A stretch of 38,752 nucleotides of DNA from Pseudomonadota bacterium. GTDB taxonomy: Bacteria; UBA10199; 2-02-FULL-44-16; JBDRGF01. Shown one piece after another: positions 37,977 to 38,752 of this stretch (position 1 is the first letter of the stretch; each line of letters opens with the position of its first letter). The notes under the pieces were generated by a model. The model saw only the letters and a program-made list of their open reading frames with translations. It was not told the DNA's origin and searched no databases. A program made the translations under genes and the position numbers. The stretch spans positions 1-38,752 of the forward strand of contig JBDRGF010000024.1 in the NCBI GenBank assembly GCA_043818055.1. The letters are read 5' to 3'.

Positions 37977-38582
37977 TTATACACAAGAAGTCTGAATATT
38001 GTCTAAATTACCTTCTTGTTTAGCTTCTAGAATATGACCCCAAATATTACTATAAAAATGAACCATTCCTCCGAAGAAAACTGGAAATTTTCCCATTTGA
38101 TAATTACGGACCCTTAACCATTCTGCCTCATCATCTTTATATACTGGTGTCCCCTCGATATCAGCGATTACCGGACCATTGTCAATTTCTAAACCAGCAA
38201 AATGCAATGATGCACCAGTTCTAAAATGTGGTGTAATATTTTTTATTTTGCCATGTTCGATTTTAAAACCATTTGCTCTATTAATCGCATTTTGAGTAGG
38301 TTGTTTTCCGGGCAACCTAAATACATTATTTCTAGAAGTTATGCCAGGATGAACATTGAGCATCTCCCCATACAAACCGTAACCACCTACATTCATAGTT
38401 TGAACAAGGTTTTCTATGCACAGCATTAGATGATCTATAATTATAAGATCTGCATTAAGATTTTTTTTTAATTGTGCAATTTTCTCTTCAAAGAGTTGTT
38501 TTTCTTCGATTCTTTTTGCTCTTTGACTAAAGGGGTCAATCCCAAACTTAGTTGAAATTTTGAAAAGCGGTTCAGTTAACAT
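37977..38582 (-). CDS. Formyltransferase-family protein (PurN-like catalytic half)
   Basis: LNVHPG...LPG...TGASLHF...IDNGPVI; lacks the PurN N-terminal SGxGSN loop; AAGGAGG RBS. Confidence 0.7.
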   Translation of the reverse strand: MLTEPLFKISTKFGIDPFSQRAKRIEEKQLFEEKIAQLKKNLNADLIIIDHLMLCIENLVQTMNVGGYGLYGEMLNVHPGITSRNNVFRLPGKQPTQNAINRANGFKIEHGKIKNITPHFRTGASLHFAGLEIDNGPVIADIEGTPVYKDDEAEWLRVRNYQMGKFPVFFGGMVHFYSNIWGHILEAKQEGNLDNIQTSCV

Positions 38583-38750
38583 TTAAGCAGCCTCCTTAGA
38601 AGCTTTGTCATACAGCTTCAATTCTTTTTTCAAAGCTACTCTCAATTCATGTAAATATCGGTATCCGCTGATTCGATTCAGCCTTGGCTCAATATCGAGC
38701 AATGTTGCTGCCAACCACCTTTGCCGCTGTGATGAGTTCTTCCAATAATC
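38583..38750 (-). CDS. Unknown protein, C-terminal fragment (runs off the window)
   Basis: Open frame DYWKNSSQRQRW...YDKASKEAA ending in TAA immediately before the formyltransferase ATG. Confidence 0.55.
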   Translation of the reverse strand, partial: DYWKNSSQRQRWLAATLLDIEPRLNRISGYRYLHELRVALKKELKLYDKASKEAA

Positions 38751-38752
38751 AA

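Noticed and set aside
1..38752. tRNA, rRNA, riboswitch or prophage genes
   Set aside because: None recognisable by eye; a covariance-model search would be needed to exclude small RNAs

Overview
Bacterial chromosomal window from a diderm, probably anaerobic organism (TolC/RND pump, deltaproteobacteria-like redox genes; taxonomy is inference). Left to right: the 3' end of an ISL3 element whose ~425-nt non-coding tail carries two long hairpins with DnaA-box motifs in their stems; a prokaryotic SLC12-type transporter; a csoR-cusCBA-like operon extended by GNAT and DUF2156 genes; a divergent His-tailed DMT transporter and ThiF/MoeB gene; an AT-rich hicA-hicB-third gene module; a long minus-strand redox/oxygen-defence cluster (tpx, desulfoferrodoxin with an internal TAG, ferritin, three rubrerythrin-like proteins, 2-oxoacid:ferredoxin oxidoreductase, flavin reductase, a rubredoxin missed by the ORF track, frameshifted gltB); arsC, fprA and DUF3307; a 1494-aa effector-like protein ending in a PP2C phosphatase behind a sigma28-like promoter; a small-protein/retropepsin pair; and an AT-richer operon (formyltransferase, amidohydrolase, non-canonical transcarbamylase, Sel1 protein) abutting a truncated second amidohydrolase. 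The best novelty candidates are the DnaA-box hairpins, the giant PP2C protein, the atypical transcarbamylase operon and the three-gene HicAB module. All family calls are by motif recognition; no searches were run.
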